Notes: generated by a model from the letters alone, not told the origin. 32,648 bases of DNA from Cupriavidus sp. (GCA_013362725.1 JABFVP010000059.1:1-32648), one strand, 5' to 3'; positions 16,951 through 25,742 are shown, counted from the stretch's first letter. Program-made: numbers and translations.

Positions 16951-17049
16951 TAGCCTTTGCGGCATTTTTTGCGGTGCCTGGCCGCTACAATGCCAGGCCG
17001 CCGTCATGTGCCTCGTCCCGCCACCCGAATCCCCCTGTTTGCCAGATCC

Positions 17050-17958
17050 ATGCACGCCAGAGTCCTACGCTATCTCGACGAGGTCGTCCGCCGCGGTTCC
17101 ATCCGCAAGGCGGCCGAGCACCTGCACGTAGCCCCGACCGCGGTCAACCGGCAGATCCTGGACCTGGAGGCCGAACTGGGCGCGCCGCTGTTCGAGCGCA
17201 TCAACAAGCGCCTGCGGCTGACGCCGCTGGGCGAGATGGTGCTGGCCCATGTCCGCCAGACCCTGCGCGAGCACGACACGCTGCGCGAGCGTATCGAGGA
17301 CTTCAAGGGCGCGCGCCGGGGCGAGGTCACGCTGGCCGTGACAGCGGGCCTGGCGGGGTCGCTGATGCCGTCGCTGGTGCATGACTTCCGTCAGCGCTAT
17401 CCGGGCATCGTGGTGCGCGTCAACGACTTGCCGGTCGCCGACATCGTGGCGGCGGTGGAGCAGGGCGATGCCGACCTCGGACTGGGCTATGACCTGCCGG
17501 AACTGCCGGCCTTCCGTGCGCTGGCCAGCAGCGACTGGCAGATCGGCGCGGTGGTGCCGCCCGACCATGCGCTGGCGGCGCGGCCATCGGTGCTGCTGAG
17601 CGAGTGCGTCGGCTATCCGCTGATCCTGCCGGCACCTTCCTTGTCGATCCGCGGGATCCTCGATGCGGCCTTTGCGCGCAATGCGATCGAGGTCTCGCCG
17701 GTGGCGGAATCGACCTCGACCGTGCTGATCCGGCAACTGGTGCTGCTCGGGACCGGCATCGCGCTGCTGAACCCGCTCGACGTGATGGAAGAGCGCGCGC
17801 GCCAGGCGCTGGTGTACGTGCCCTTGCGCGACCGCCACCTGCAGGGCCAGACGCTGGCGCTGGTGGCGCGCGCCGGCGGCCAGCTCAGCGCCGCGGCCCG
17901 GCTGATGGCCGAGCGCATCGGCGACGCGCTGGCGACGCTGTACGCCCAGGCCCGCTGA
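17050..17958 (+). CDS. LysR-family transcriptional regulator
   Basis: LRYLDEVVRRGSIRKAAEHLHVAPTAVNRQILDLEAELGAPLFER...LRLTPLG HTH; 302 aa from ATG 17050. Confidence 0.96.
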   Translation: MHARVLRYLDEVVRRGSIRKAAEHLHVAPTAVNRQILDLEAELGAPLFERINKRLRLTPLGEMVLAHVRQTLREHDTLRERIEDFKGARRGEVTLAVTAGLAGSLMPSLVHDFRQRYPGIVVRVNDLPVADIVAAVEQGDADLGLGYDLPELPAFRALASSDWQIGAVVPPDHALAARPSVLLSECVGYPLILPAPSLSIRGILDAAFARNAIEVSPVAESTSTVLIRQLVLLGTGIALLNPLDVMEERARQALVYVPLRDRHLQGQTLALVARAGGQLSAAARLMAERIGDALATLYAQAR

Positions 17959-17976
17959 GGCCGCGCTTCTGGTGGA

Positions 17977-17995
17977 TGTCCACTTTTTGTGGACA
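17977..17995. promoter_or_regulatory. Perfect inverted repeat, candidate operator upstream of the deaminase
   Basis: TGTCCAC-TTTTT-GTGGACA, ~100 nt before the deaminase ATG. Confidence 0.55.
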
Positions 17996-18098
17996 GACTG
18001 CTCGGAATTCTATGCTTGGGACGCGGCACCGCGCCGCCGTAGACTGGCGGCGATCGTATCTGCCCCCATCCCATCCGCTTCACAAAAGGAATTCCGCC

Positions 18099-19487
18099 AT
18101 GACCCTGATCGCCCTCAATGCCGACGTGCTGGTGACCATGGATGCCCAGCGCCGCGAGATCCGCGACGGCGCGCTGGTCGCCGAAGGCCCCGCGGTGCAA
18201 TGGGTCGGCCCCACCGCCGAGCTGCCGCCGCAATACCGGCGCATGGTCGACGACGGCAGTGCGCAGGTGCTCGACATGCGTGGCCGCGTGGTCACGCCCG
18301 GGCTGGTCAATACCCACCACCACATGTACCAGAGCCTGACGCGCGCGGTGCCGGCGGCGCAGGATGCCGAGCTGTTCTCGTGGCTGACCAATCTGTACAT
18401 GCTGTGGTCGCACTTGACGCCGGAAATGATCGCGGTGTCGACCAAGACCGCGATGGCCGAGCTGATGCTGTCGGGCTGCACCACCACCAGCGACCACCTC
18501 TACCTGTTTCCCAATGGCTCGCGCCTGGACGATTCGATCGCCGCGGCGCAGGAGATGGGCATGCGCTTCCATGCCGCGCGCGGCTCGATGAGCGTGGGTC
18601 GCAGCAAGGGCGGCCTGCCGCCGGACGTGGTGGTCGAGGAAGAGGCCGCCATCCTGCGCGACAGCCAGCGGCTGGTCGAGCAGTACCACGACAGCGCGCG
18701 CCACGCGATGCTGCGCGTGGTGCTGGCGCCGTGCTCGCCGTTCTCGGTGTCGCGCGAGCTGATGCGCGAATCGGCGGCGATGGCGCGCCATTATGGTGTG
18801 TCACTGCATACGCACCTGGCCGAGAACGACAACGACATTGCCTATTCGCGCGAGAAATTCGGCCTGACGCCGGCGCAGTATGCCGAAGACCTCGGCTGGG
18901 TCGGCCACGATGTGTGGCACGCGCACTGCGTCAAGCTGGACGACGAGGGCATCGCGCTGTTCGCGCGGACCGGCACGGGCGTGGCGCATTGCCCGTGCTC
19001 GAACATGCGGCTGGCATCGGGCATTGCGCCGGTGCGTGCGATGCGCGATGCGGGAGTGCCGGTGGGGCTGGGCGTGGACGGCAGTGCGTCGAACGACGGT
19101 GCGCATATGCTGGGCGAGGCGCGCCAGGCGATGCTGCTGCAGCGGGTCGGCTACGGGCCGGCCGCGATGAGCGCGCGCGAGGCGCTTGAAATCGCCACGC
19201 TGGGCGGCGCGCGCGTGCTCAACCGCGACGATATCGGCGCGCTGGCGCCGGGCATGTCGGCGGACTTCGTCGCCTTCGACCTGTCGTCGGTCGGCTTTGC
19301 CGGCGCCGGCCATGACCCGGTCGCGGCGCTGGTGTTCTGCACGCCGGCCAATGTCGCGGCCAGTGTGATCAATGGCAGGGAAGTGGTACGCGACGGCGAA
19401 CTGCTGACGGCCGACCTGCCTGCTGTGCTGCTGCGCCATCGCACGCTGGCGCAAACGCTGTTGGAGCGGGCCAGCGTCGGCGTGTGA
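18099..19487 (+). CDS. 8-oxoguanine deaminase-like amidohydrolase (AtzB / hydroxydechloroatrazine ethylaminohydrolase family)
   Basis: 462 aa from ATG 18099 (SD AAGGA); PGLVNTHHHMYQSLTR, APCSPFSV, HTHLAE, WHAHC, HCPCSNMRLASG, GVDGSASND. Confidence 0.9.
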   Translation: MTLIALNADVLVTMDAQRREIRDGALVAEGPAVQWVGPTAELPPQYRRMVDDGSAQVLDMRGRVVTPGLVNTHHHMYQSLTRAVPAAQDAELFSWLTNLYMLWSHLTPEMIAVSTKTAMAELMLSGCTTTSDHLYLFPNGSRLDDSIAAAQEMGMRFHAARGSMSVGRSKGGLPPDVVVEEEAAILRDSQRLVEQYHDSARHAMLRVVLAPCSPFSVSRELMRESAAMARHYGVSLHTHLAENDNDIAYSREKFGLTPAQYAEDLGWVGHDVWHAHCVKLDDEGIALFARTGTGVAHCPCSNMRLASGIAPVRAMRDAGVPVGLGVDGSASNDGAHMLGEARQAMLLQRVGYGPAAMSAREALEIATLGGARVLNRDDIGALAPGMSADFVAFDLSSVGFAGAGHDPVAALVFCTPANVAASVINGREVVRDGELLTADLPAVLLRHRTLAQTLLERASVGV

Positions 19488-19521
19488 CGAAGTGCCGCGG
19501 CGCATCCGCGCCGCTAAAAGC

Positions 19522-19554
19522 AAAAGGCCGGAAGCATTGCTGCTTCCGGCCTTT
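19522..19554. terminator. Bidirectional terminator (deaminase / tRNA-Lys copy 2)
   Basis: AAAGGCCGGAAGCA-ttgc-TGCTTCCGGCCTTT. Confidence 0.88.
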
Positions 19555-19565
19555 CTTGTATTCGC

Positions 19566-19641
19566 TGGTGGGGCGTGAGTGACTCGAACACTCGACCTAC
19601 GGATTAAGAGTCCGCTGCTCTACCAACTGAGCTAACGCCCC
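19566..19641 (-). tRNA. tRNA-Lys (anticodon CUU), copy 2
   Basis: Identical to 16833-16908. Confidence 0.98.
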
Positions 19642-19654
19642 AACGAAGAACGAG

Positions 19655-19682
19655 ATTCTAGCATGATTTCCGGCGCTGTCAA
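19655..19682 (-). promoter_or_regulatory. sigma70 promoter of tRNA-Lys copy 2
   Basis: Minus strand TTGACA-N16-TAGAAT with extended TG. Confidence 0.8.
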
Positions 19683-19868
19683 TTGCCTGACGCCATTGCC
19701 ATGGCAAGCCGCGCGAACGTGCCCCGCGTCCGCAGGGCTCGGCCGACGGAACCGAACGGCGGTCGCGGTGGTCTTCCGATTGAACCCGTTCGCATAGGGT
19801 TCTACCCATACGATTTTGCCGGAGCCATGTTAGGATGTTTCTCCACTTGCATATGGAGGGCTGCACCG

Positions 19869-20132
19869 ATGGATATCAAATTCCAAGAGCAAGAGCGCTA
19901 CGACATCAATAACGAAGGCTTGTTGTTCCAGGCACTTGTCAATGGCGAGAAGGTGACTTGCGTGGTGACACGCGAAGCACTGTGGGAAGGTTTCAGCGCC
20001 GACCAGGTGCTGTCACTCGAAGAAGCATTCCGCGCCGGCCGCGAAACCATCGAACGCGCCGCCGTGGTGCTGATCGAACAGGGCGCGCCGCAGCCTATCG
20101 TCGTCAAGCGCGCCCACGTGGCGCCGATCTGA
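19869..20132 (+). CDS. DUF1488-family protein
   Basis: 87 aa; I.F...E.YD....L.F.ALVNG..VTCVVTREAL...F.......EAF...RETIE.AA; GGAGG SD. Confidence 0.8.
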   Translation: MDIKFQEQERYDINNEGLLFQALVNGEKVTCVVTREALWEGFSADQVLSLEEAFRAGRETIERAAVVLIEQGAPQPIVVKRAHVAPI

Positions 20133-20307
20133 TGCAGATGGATGCCCGGGCCCGCTTCCGGCAAGCCGCGGGCGCCCATCTGGCATCAGGGTTCAGAGCA
20201 TAGGCCGCTCGGCCTTGCTTGCCAGCCGGCGCCGCCGGCGCAGGCAATCCCCAGTTTCTTCCGTTTTTTTGCCGCCGTGACCTTGGCCAAGCGCGCCCGG
20301 GCGGGCG

Positions 20308-22104
20308 CTACGCTCGTGGGTGCGCGGAGGCGGCCGTCGCTGCCGTGCCCGGTCGCGACGCGCATTCCTCGAAGATGCGCACGGTGCAGTGGGCGCAGAC
20401 TTCCGGCGACAGCTGTCCGATGATGGTGTGCAGCGCCTGCCGCTTGGTCGGGAACACATGGTCGGCGCCGAGCTTGTCGGTAAAGCCAGTCTGCGCCCAA
20501 GTCTGCAGCACCTGTGTGCGCGGACGGTGGAAGTACAGGTCGCCGCCGAGCGCGCGGCGCTCGCTCAGCTCGTATTCCCACATTTCCGCGCCGGCGAGAT
20601 CGATGAAGTTCATGCTCTTGGTCATCGCCAGCAGGTGGGTCTGGCCGGGATTGACGGTGCGCACCCAGTGCAGGCGGTCCGTCACGTATTGCACCGCGCC
20701 GAAGTAGATTGCACCCTCCATGCGCAGCAGCTTGAGCTGCGGGCATTCCGGCTGCGGACGGCGCAATTCGTCCAGCGGCGTGAAGCGCCGGCCGGGGTCG
20801 TCGGCATCCGGTACCAGGCTGCGCACGGCGGGCCGCGAAGTGCGGTACAGGTAGGCCACCAGCGACAGTACGGTGCCGAGCAGCACCGCCATTTCCAGCC
20901 GGATCACCAGCGTGGCGGCGAAGGTGCCGATGGCGATCGCGAACTCGGTGCGGCTGAGCGTGAAGATGCGGCGCAGCCGCGCGATGTCGAGCAGGCCCCA
21001 TGCCACCAGCAGCAGCATTGCCGCGATCGCCGCCATCGGGATCTGTGCCAGCAGCGGCGCGCTGACCGCGACCAGCGCCACCAGCCACAGCGCCGAGAAC
21101 ACGCTCGCCAGCGGCGTGCGCGCGCCGGCTTCGAAGTTGGGCACCGAGCGGTTGAGCGAGCCGCACGAGATATAGCTGGAGAAGAAGCCGCCGGCAATAT
21201 TCGACAGGCCCTGGCCGATGAACTCGCGGTTGGCATCGATATGCTGGCCCGAGCGCAATGCCACCGCCTTGGCGATCGAGATCGACTGGCCCAGCGCGAC
21301 GATGGTCAGTGCCGCGGCGATGCCGAGCAGGTCGGGCAGCTTGCGCCAGTCGACGTCCGGCACCTGGAAGTGCGGCAGCGCCGACGGAATCGGCCCGACC
21401 ACGTTGACGTGGTGCCCGCCGGTCTGGTTCAGCAGCAGCGCCACGCCATATCCGGCCAGCAGGCCCAGCAGCATGAACGGCAGGCGCCGCCACAGCCGCT
21501 TGCACAGCAGCGTCACCGCCAGCGTGACCGCGCCCACCATGGCCGCGTCCCAGTTGATGGCATCGGCATGCTCGAACAGATGGCGCAGCACGCCGAAGGC
21601 GCTGGTGCCGGTCGGCACCGACAGCCCGAACAGGTCCTTCAGTGCGTACAGCCCGATCAGCGTCGCCGCGCCGCAAGTAAAGCCGAGCAGCACCGATGGC
21701 GAAATAAAGTTGGCCAGCGAGCCCAGCCGCAGCGTGCCTACCGCCAGCTGCATCGCGCCCACCACGATGGTCACCGCCAGCGCCAGGCCGATATAGGCCG
21801 GGCTGCCCGCGAACGCGAGCGGGCTCAGCATCGCCAACAGCGCCAGCGAATTGGCGTTGGTCGGCCCCGACATGACATGCCAGCTGGAGCCGAACAGCGC
21901 CGCCACGATGCACGGCACCACCGCGCTGTAGATGCCGTACTGCGGCGGCAGCCCGGCGAGCGTGGCGAACGCCACCCCCTGCGGCAACACCAGCACGGCG
22001 CCGAGCAGTCCCGCCACCAGGTCGGCGCGCAGCGTGGTCGGGTCGACGCGCTGGCTCCAGGGGAACAGGCGCGGCAGCAGGGATGCGGTGGTGGGCGAAG
22101 GCAT
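20308..22104 (-). CDS. SulP/SLC26-family anion transporter with STAS domain
   Basis: DLVAGL..AVLVLPQGVAFATLAGLPPQYGIYS, ANREFIGQGLSNI, GSLNRS..N..AGART, STAS (IYFGAV, NFIDLAG); start set at ATG 22104 (598 aa). Confidence 0.95.
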   Translation of the reverse strand: MPSPTTASLLPRLFPWSQRVDPTTLRADLVAGLLGAVLVLPQGVAFATLAGLPPQYGIYSAVVPCIVAALFGSSWHVMSGPTNANSLALLAMLSPLAFAGSPAYIGLALAVTIVVGAMQLAVGTLRLGSLANFISPSVLLGFTCGAATLIGLYALKDLFGLSVPTGTSAFGVLRHLFEHADAINWDAAMVGAVTLAVTLLCKRLWRRLPFMLLGLLAGYGVALLLNQTGGHHVNVVGPIPSALPHFQVPDVDWRKLPDLLGIAAALTIVALGQSISIAKAVALRSGQHIDANREFIGQGLSNIAGGFFSSYISCGSLNRSVPNFEAGARTPLASVFSALWLVALVAVSAPLLAQIPMAAIAAMLLLVAWGLLDIARLRRIFTLSRTEFAIAIGTFAATLVIRLEMAVLLGTVLSLVAYLYRTSRPAVRSLVPDADDPGRRFTPLDELRRPQPECPQLKLLRMEGAIYFGAVQYVTDRLHWVRTVNPGQTHLLAMTKSMNFIDLAGAEMWEYELSERRALGGDLYFHRPRTQVLQTWAQTGFTDKLGADHVFPTKRQALHTIIGQLSPEVCAHCTVRIFEECASRPGTAATAASAHPRA

Positions 22105-22123
22105 CGGCGGGAAACGGGGCGTG

Positions 22124-22636
22124 CTAGCCTGCTTCGCCGCTGCGTCCGGAGGGCGGCAAGGCAGCGGCGAGCGCAGCGGATTGAGGCGTGGCCTGCGGGC
22201 CCAGGCTGGCCAGCATGGCGTCGAGCGCGCGATAGACCTCGGCCAGGCGCTCGGCACCCAGCTGCTGCGCGAGCTGCTGGTAGCGGGCATCGATCAGCGG
22301 TTCCATCTGCGCGATGATCTCGCCCGCGGCACTGGTCAGATTGACCATCTGGCGGCGCTGGTCGGTGGCCGAGCGCGTGCGTGCCACCAGCCCGGCGTCT
22401 TCCATGCCCGCCAGCATGCGGGTCAGGCTGGGGCTCAGGATCAGGCAGGCCTCGGCGAGCTGGTTGGGCTCCATCGGCCCGTGCTGGTTGAGCGTGCGCA
22501 GCACGCGCCATTGCTGCTCGGTCACCCCGAACTGCCGCAGGATCGGACGAAAGCCCGCCAGCAACGCTTCGCGCGCTTGCAGCAGTAGATGGGGAAGATT
22601 GCGATGGCGAAACATGGCCTGGGCGGGAGGGCTCAT
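22124..22636 (-). CDS. HpaR-like MarR-family regulator
   Basis: HRNLPHLLLQAREA....FRPIL...GVTEQQWRVLR.L...ACLILSPSLTRML...DQRR is typical of the HpaR subfamily. Confidence 0.9.
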   Translation of the reverse strand: MSPPAQAMFRHRNLPHLLLQAREALLAGFRPILRQFGVTEQQWRVLRTLNQHGPMEPNQLAEACLILSPSLTRMLAGMEDAGLVARTRSATDQRRQMVNLTSAAGEIIAQMEPLIDARYQQLAQQLGAERLAEVYRALDAMLASLGPQATPQSAALAAALPPSGRSGEAG

Positions 22637-22745
22637 GCCCGCAGTGTAGCGGGCGCGGCCGGACGCGGCGAGCGGGGCTTGCCCGGGCTTGCCTGAACCC
22701 GCGCCACGCGCCAGTGCGGCCGGCAGGCGCGCACGCCGCGCAGGG

Positions 22746-23576
22746 TCAGCCGCAATGCAGCGTCGCCACCACCGGCGTGTGGTCGGACGGCTGCTCCCAC
22801 GTGCGCGGCACCCGGTCGATCACGCAGGCGGTGCACTGCTCGGTCAGCGCCGGCGACAGCAGGATATGGTCGATGCGCAGCCCGGCATTGCGCCGGAACG
22901 CCAGCATGCGGTAGTCCCACCAGGAGAACGCCTTTTCCGGCTGCTCGAACCTGCGGAATGCATCGGTCAGGCCCAGTTCGACCAGCGCGGCAAAGGCGGC
23001 GCGCTCCGGCGGCGAGACCAGGTTCTGGCCTTCCCACTTGGCCGGGTCGTGCACGTCGCGGTCTTCCGGCGCGATATTGAAATCGCCCAGCAGCGCCAGC
23101 CGCGGGTGCCGCGTCATTTCCTCGCGCAGCCACGCGGTCATCGCTTCCAGCCATTGCAGCTTGTAGGCGAACTTGTCCGAATCGGGCGCCTGCCCATTAG
23201 GGAAATAGGCGCAGACCAGCCGCAGGTCGCCATAGGTGGCGGCGATCACGCGCTGCTGCGCGTCCTCGAAGCCGGGAATGTTGCGCACCACGTCGACGGG
23301 GCCGGGCATGCTCGCGTCGCGCGCCAGGATGGCGACGCCGTTGTACGTTTTCTGGCCGGTGTAGACGCTGTGGAAGCCGGCGTTCTCCAGTTCGGCCAGC
23401 GGGTACTTGTCGTCGGGCAGCTTCAGTTCCTGCAGGCACAGCGCGTCGATCGGCGCGCCGGCCTGGTCCTGCTCGGCCAGCCATTGCAGCACCTGCGGCA
23501 GGCGGACTTTCAGCGAATTGACGTTCCAGCTGGCGATGCGCAGCGGGCCCTGGCCCGGCAGTCCCAGCGCGCTCAT
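22746..23576 (-). CDS. xth: Exodeoxyribonuclease III (AP endonuclease)
   Basis: IASWNVNS, LCLQELK, GQKTYNGVAIL, YFPNG, GDFNIAP, FSWWDYR, GLRIDHIL, PSDH; ATG overlaps the prlC stop (ATGA). Confidence 0.97.
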   Translation of the reverse strand: MSALGLPGQGPLRIASWNVNSLKVRLPQVLQWLAEQDQAGAPIDALCLQELKLPDDKYPLAELENAGFHSVYTGQKTYNGVAILARDASMPGPVDVVRNIPGFEDAQQRVIAATYGDLRLVCAYFPNGQAPDSDKFAYKLQWLEAMTAWLREEMTRHPRLALLGDFNIAPEDRDVHDPAKWEGQNLVSPPERAAFAALVELGLTDAFRRFEQPEKAFSWWDYRMLAFRRNAGLRIDHILLSPALTEQCTACVIDRVPRTWEQPSDHTPVVATLHCG

Positions 23577-25657
23577 GCCGCCATCCCGCCGTGGCGCAGC
23601 AGCGCGTCGATCTGCGGCGCGCGGCCGCGGAACGCCACGAACGAGTCCATCGCCGGGCGGCTGCCGCCCACCGACAGGATCTCGCGCTGGTAGCGCGCGC
23701 CGGTTTCGCTGTCGAGCACCGTGCCCGACAGCTGCGCGGCCTCTTCGAACGCCGCGTAGACATCGGCCGACAGCACTTCGGCCCACTTGTAGCTGTAATA
23801 GCCCGCGGCGTAGCCGCCGGCGAAGATATGGCTGAAGGTGTTCGGCCAGCGCGACAGCGGATGCTGCGGCACCACGTGCACGCGGTCGTTGATCTGGCGC
23901 GACAGCTCCAGCACCGAGGTGGCGCCGGCCGGATCGAAGTCGGTATGCAGGTGCATGTCGAACGACGAGAACACGATCTGGCGCAGCGTCATCATGCCGT
24001 TCTGGAAGTTCTTGGCCGCCAGCATGCGGTCGAACAGCGCGCGCGGCAGCGGCGCGCCGGTGTCGACATGCTGTGTCATGCCGGTCAGAACTTCGTACTC
24101 CCAGCAGAAGTTCTCCATGAACTGCGACGGCAGCTCGACCGCATCCCACTCCACGCCGTTGATGCCCGACACGCCCAGCTCGCCCACCTGCGTCAGCATG
24201 TGGTGCAGGCCGTGGCCGAACTCGTGGAACAGCGTGATGACTTCATCGTGCGTGAACAGCGCGGGCTTGCCGCCGACCGGCGCCGAGAAATTGCAGGTCA
24301 GGTAGGCCACCGGGGTCTGCACGCCGCCATGCTCGAGCACCTTGCGGCCGCGCGCGTCGTCCATCCAGGCGCCGCCGCGCTTGCCTTCGCGCGCGTACAG
24401 GTCGATGTAGAACTGGGCCAGCAGCGTGCCATCGGCGGTGCTGACGCGGAAGAAGCGTACGTCCGGGTGCCAGGTCTGCGCCTGCTCGGGCTCGATGCGC
24501 ACAGAGAACAGTTTCTGCACCACGTCGAACAGGCCCTCGAGCACCTTGGCTTCCGGGAAGTACTGCTTGACCTCGTGTTCGGAGAACGCATAGCGTTGCT
24601 GGCGCAGCTTCTCCGAGGCATAGGCCACGTCCCACGGCGCCAGTTCAGCCAGGCCCAGCTCGGCCGCGGCGAAGGCCTTCAGCTCGGCCCAGTCCTGCTC
24701 GGCGTAGGGGCGCGCCTTGACCGCCAGTTCGTCGAGGAACTTGAGCACCTCGGCGGGCGACTCGGCCATCTTCGGCACCAGCGAGACTTCGCCATAGCAC
24801 TGGTAGCCCAGCATCTGCGCCTCTTCGCGGCGCAGCGCCAGCTGCTTGCGCATATTGGCGGTGTTGTCCCAGTCGGCCTGGCCCTGGCCGTACTGCGGCC
24901 CGAGCTCGGACGCGCGCGTGACGTTGGCCTCGTACAAGGTCTGGCGCAGCGCGCGGTCGTCGGCGTACTGCAACACCGGGAAGTAGGAGGGGAAGTGCAG
25001 CGTGAACTTCCAGCCGGCCTTGCCGTCCTTTTCCGCGGCATGGCGGGCGGCTTCACGGGCATCGTCGGGCAGGCCGGACAGGCGCGCCTCGTCCTCGACG
25101 ACCAGCGCGTAGGCGTTGGTCGCGTCGAGCACGTGGTCGGAGAAGGCCTTGGACAGCTGGGCCTGCTGCTCCTGGATCTCGGCAAAGCGCGGCTTCTTGT
25201 CCTCGGGCAGTTCGGCGCCGCCCAGGCGGAAGCCGCGCAGCTCGTTCTCGATCAGCTGGTGGCGCGCCGCGCTCATGCCGGCGAACTCGGGGCTGCCCGC
25301 CAGCGCCTTGTACTTGTCGTACAGCGCCAGGCTCTGGCCCAGCGAAGACCAGAACTCGGTCATGCGCGGCAGGTTCTCGGCATGCGCCTGGCGCAGCTCG
25401 GGCGTATCGGCGACGGCGCTGAGGTGGCTGACCACGCCCCAGGCGCGGCCCAGCGGCTCGGTGGCGGCTTCCAGCGCCTGCACCGCGTTGGCCCAGTCGG
25501 CCGGCGTGGCGGGATCCTCGGCACGGGCGACGGCATGTTGCGCGCGCTCCAGCAGCACGTCGAGCGCAGGGCTGATGTGCTCCGGCCGGATCTCGGCAAA
25601 GCGGGGCAGGTCGGAAAAGTCCAGCAGCGGATTGGTAGCGTTGGCGGCGTGGTCCAT
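23573..25657 (-). CDS. prlC: Oligopeptidase A (M3 metallopeptidase)
   Basis: 694 aa; NPLL, KRGGAWMD, TLFHEFGHGLHH, WDAVELPSQFMEN, FSHIFAGGYAAGYYSYKWAEVL. Confidence 0.97.
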   Translation of the reverse strand: MDHAANATNPLLDFSDLPRFAEIRPEHISPALDVLLERAQHAVARAEDPATPADWANAVQALEAATEPLGRAWGVVSHLSAVADTPELRQAHAENLPRMTEFWSSLGQSLALYDKYKALAGSPEFAGMSAARHQLIENELRGFRLGGAELPEDKKPRFAEIQEQQAQLSKAFSDHVLDATNAYALVVEDEARLSGLPDDAREAARHAAEKDGKAGWKFTLHFPSYFPVLQYADDRALRQTLYEANVTRASELGPQYGQGQADWDNTANMRKQLALRREEAQMLGYQCYGEVSLVPKMAESPAEVLKFLDELAVKARPYAEQDWAELKAFAAAELGLAELAPWDVAYASEKLRQQRYAFSEHEVKQYFPEAKVLEGLFDVVQKLFSVRIEPEQAQTWHPDVRFFRVSTADGTLLAQFYIDLYAREGKRGGAWMDDARGRKVLEHGGVQTPVAYLTCNFSAPVGGKPALFTHDEVITLFHEFGHGLHHMLTQVGELGVSGINGVEWDAVELPSQFMENFCWEYEVLTGMTQHVDTGAPLPRALFDRMLAAKNFQNGMMTLRQIVFSSFDMHLHTDFDPAGATSVLELSRQINDRVHVVPQHPLSRWPNTFSHIFAGGYAAGYYSYKWAEVLSADVYAAFEEAAQLSGTVLDSETGARYQREILSVGGSRPAMDSFVAFRGRAPQIDALLRHGGMAA

Positions 25658-25665
25658 GGCGTGTT

Positions 25666-25689
25666 CTCGGTTGGCTGCTCGGTTGGCTG
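25666..25689. repeat. Perfect 12-bp tandem duplication in the prlC leader
   Basis: CTCGGTTGGCTG x2. Confidence 0.8.
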
Positions 25690-25715
25690 GTCTTGATCAG
25701 GCAATATTCCCGCAG

Positions 25716-25742
25716 ATGGGGCCGGGGCGGCGGATTTTCCAG
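25716..25742 (-). promoter_or_regulatory. sigma32 (RpoH)-type promoter of prlC-xth
   Basis: Minus strand CTGGAAA-N14-CCCCAT, against the consensus CTTGAAA-N13/15-CCCCAT. Confidence 0.7.

Noticed and set aside
17604-18098. 165-aa extension on the deaminase ORF
   Set aside because: Overlaps the LysR gene; SD and family N-terminus support ATG 18099
18099-19487. Atrazine degradation gene atzB
   Set aside because: Family-level similarity only; motifs fit chromosomal 8-oxoguanine-deaminase-like enzymes, and there are no other atz genes or IS elements
20129-20189. Long imperfect inverted repeat between the DUF1488-like gene and sulP, considered as a REP/MITE
   Set aside because: Single copy in the window and no target-site duplication seen; more simply a terminator-like hairpin between convergent genes
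5585-23576. Single DNA-damage supercluster (SOS-boxed gene, 8-oxoG deaminase, xth)
   Set aside because: The genes are separated by many unrelated genes and have different regulatory signals; only one LexA box was seen, so proximity is likely coincidental
23577-24149. Extension on the Xth ORF (467 aa in the track)
   Set aside because: Lies inside prlC in another frame; the ATGA-coupled start at 23576 gives a normal-size Xth
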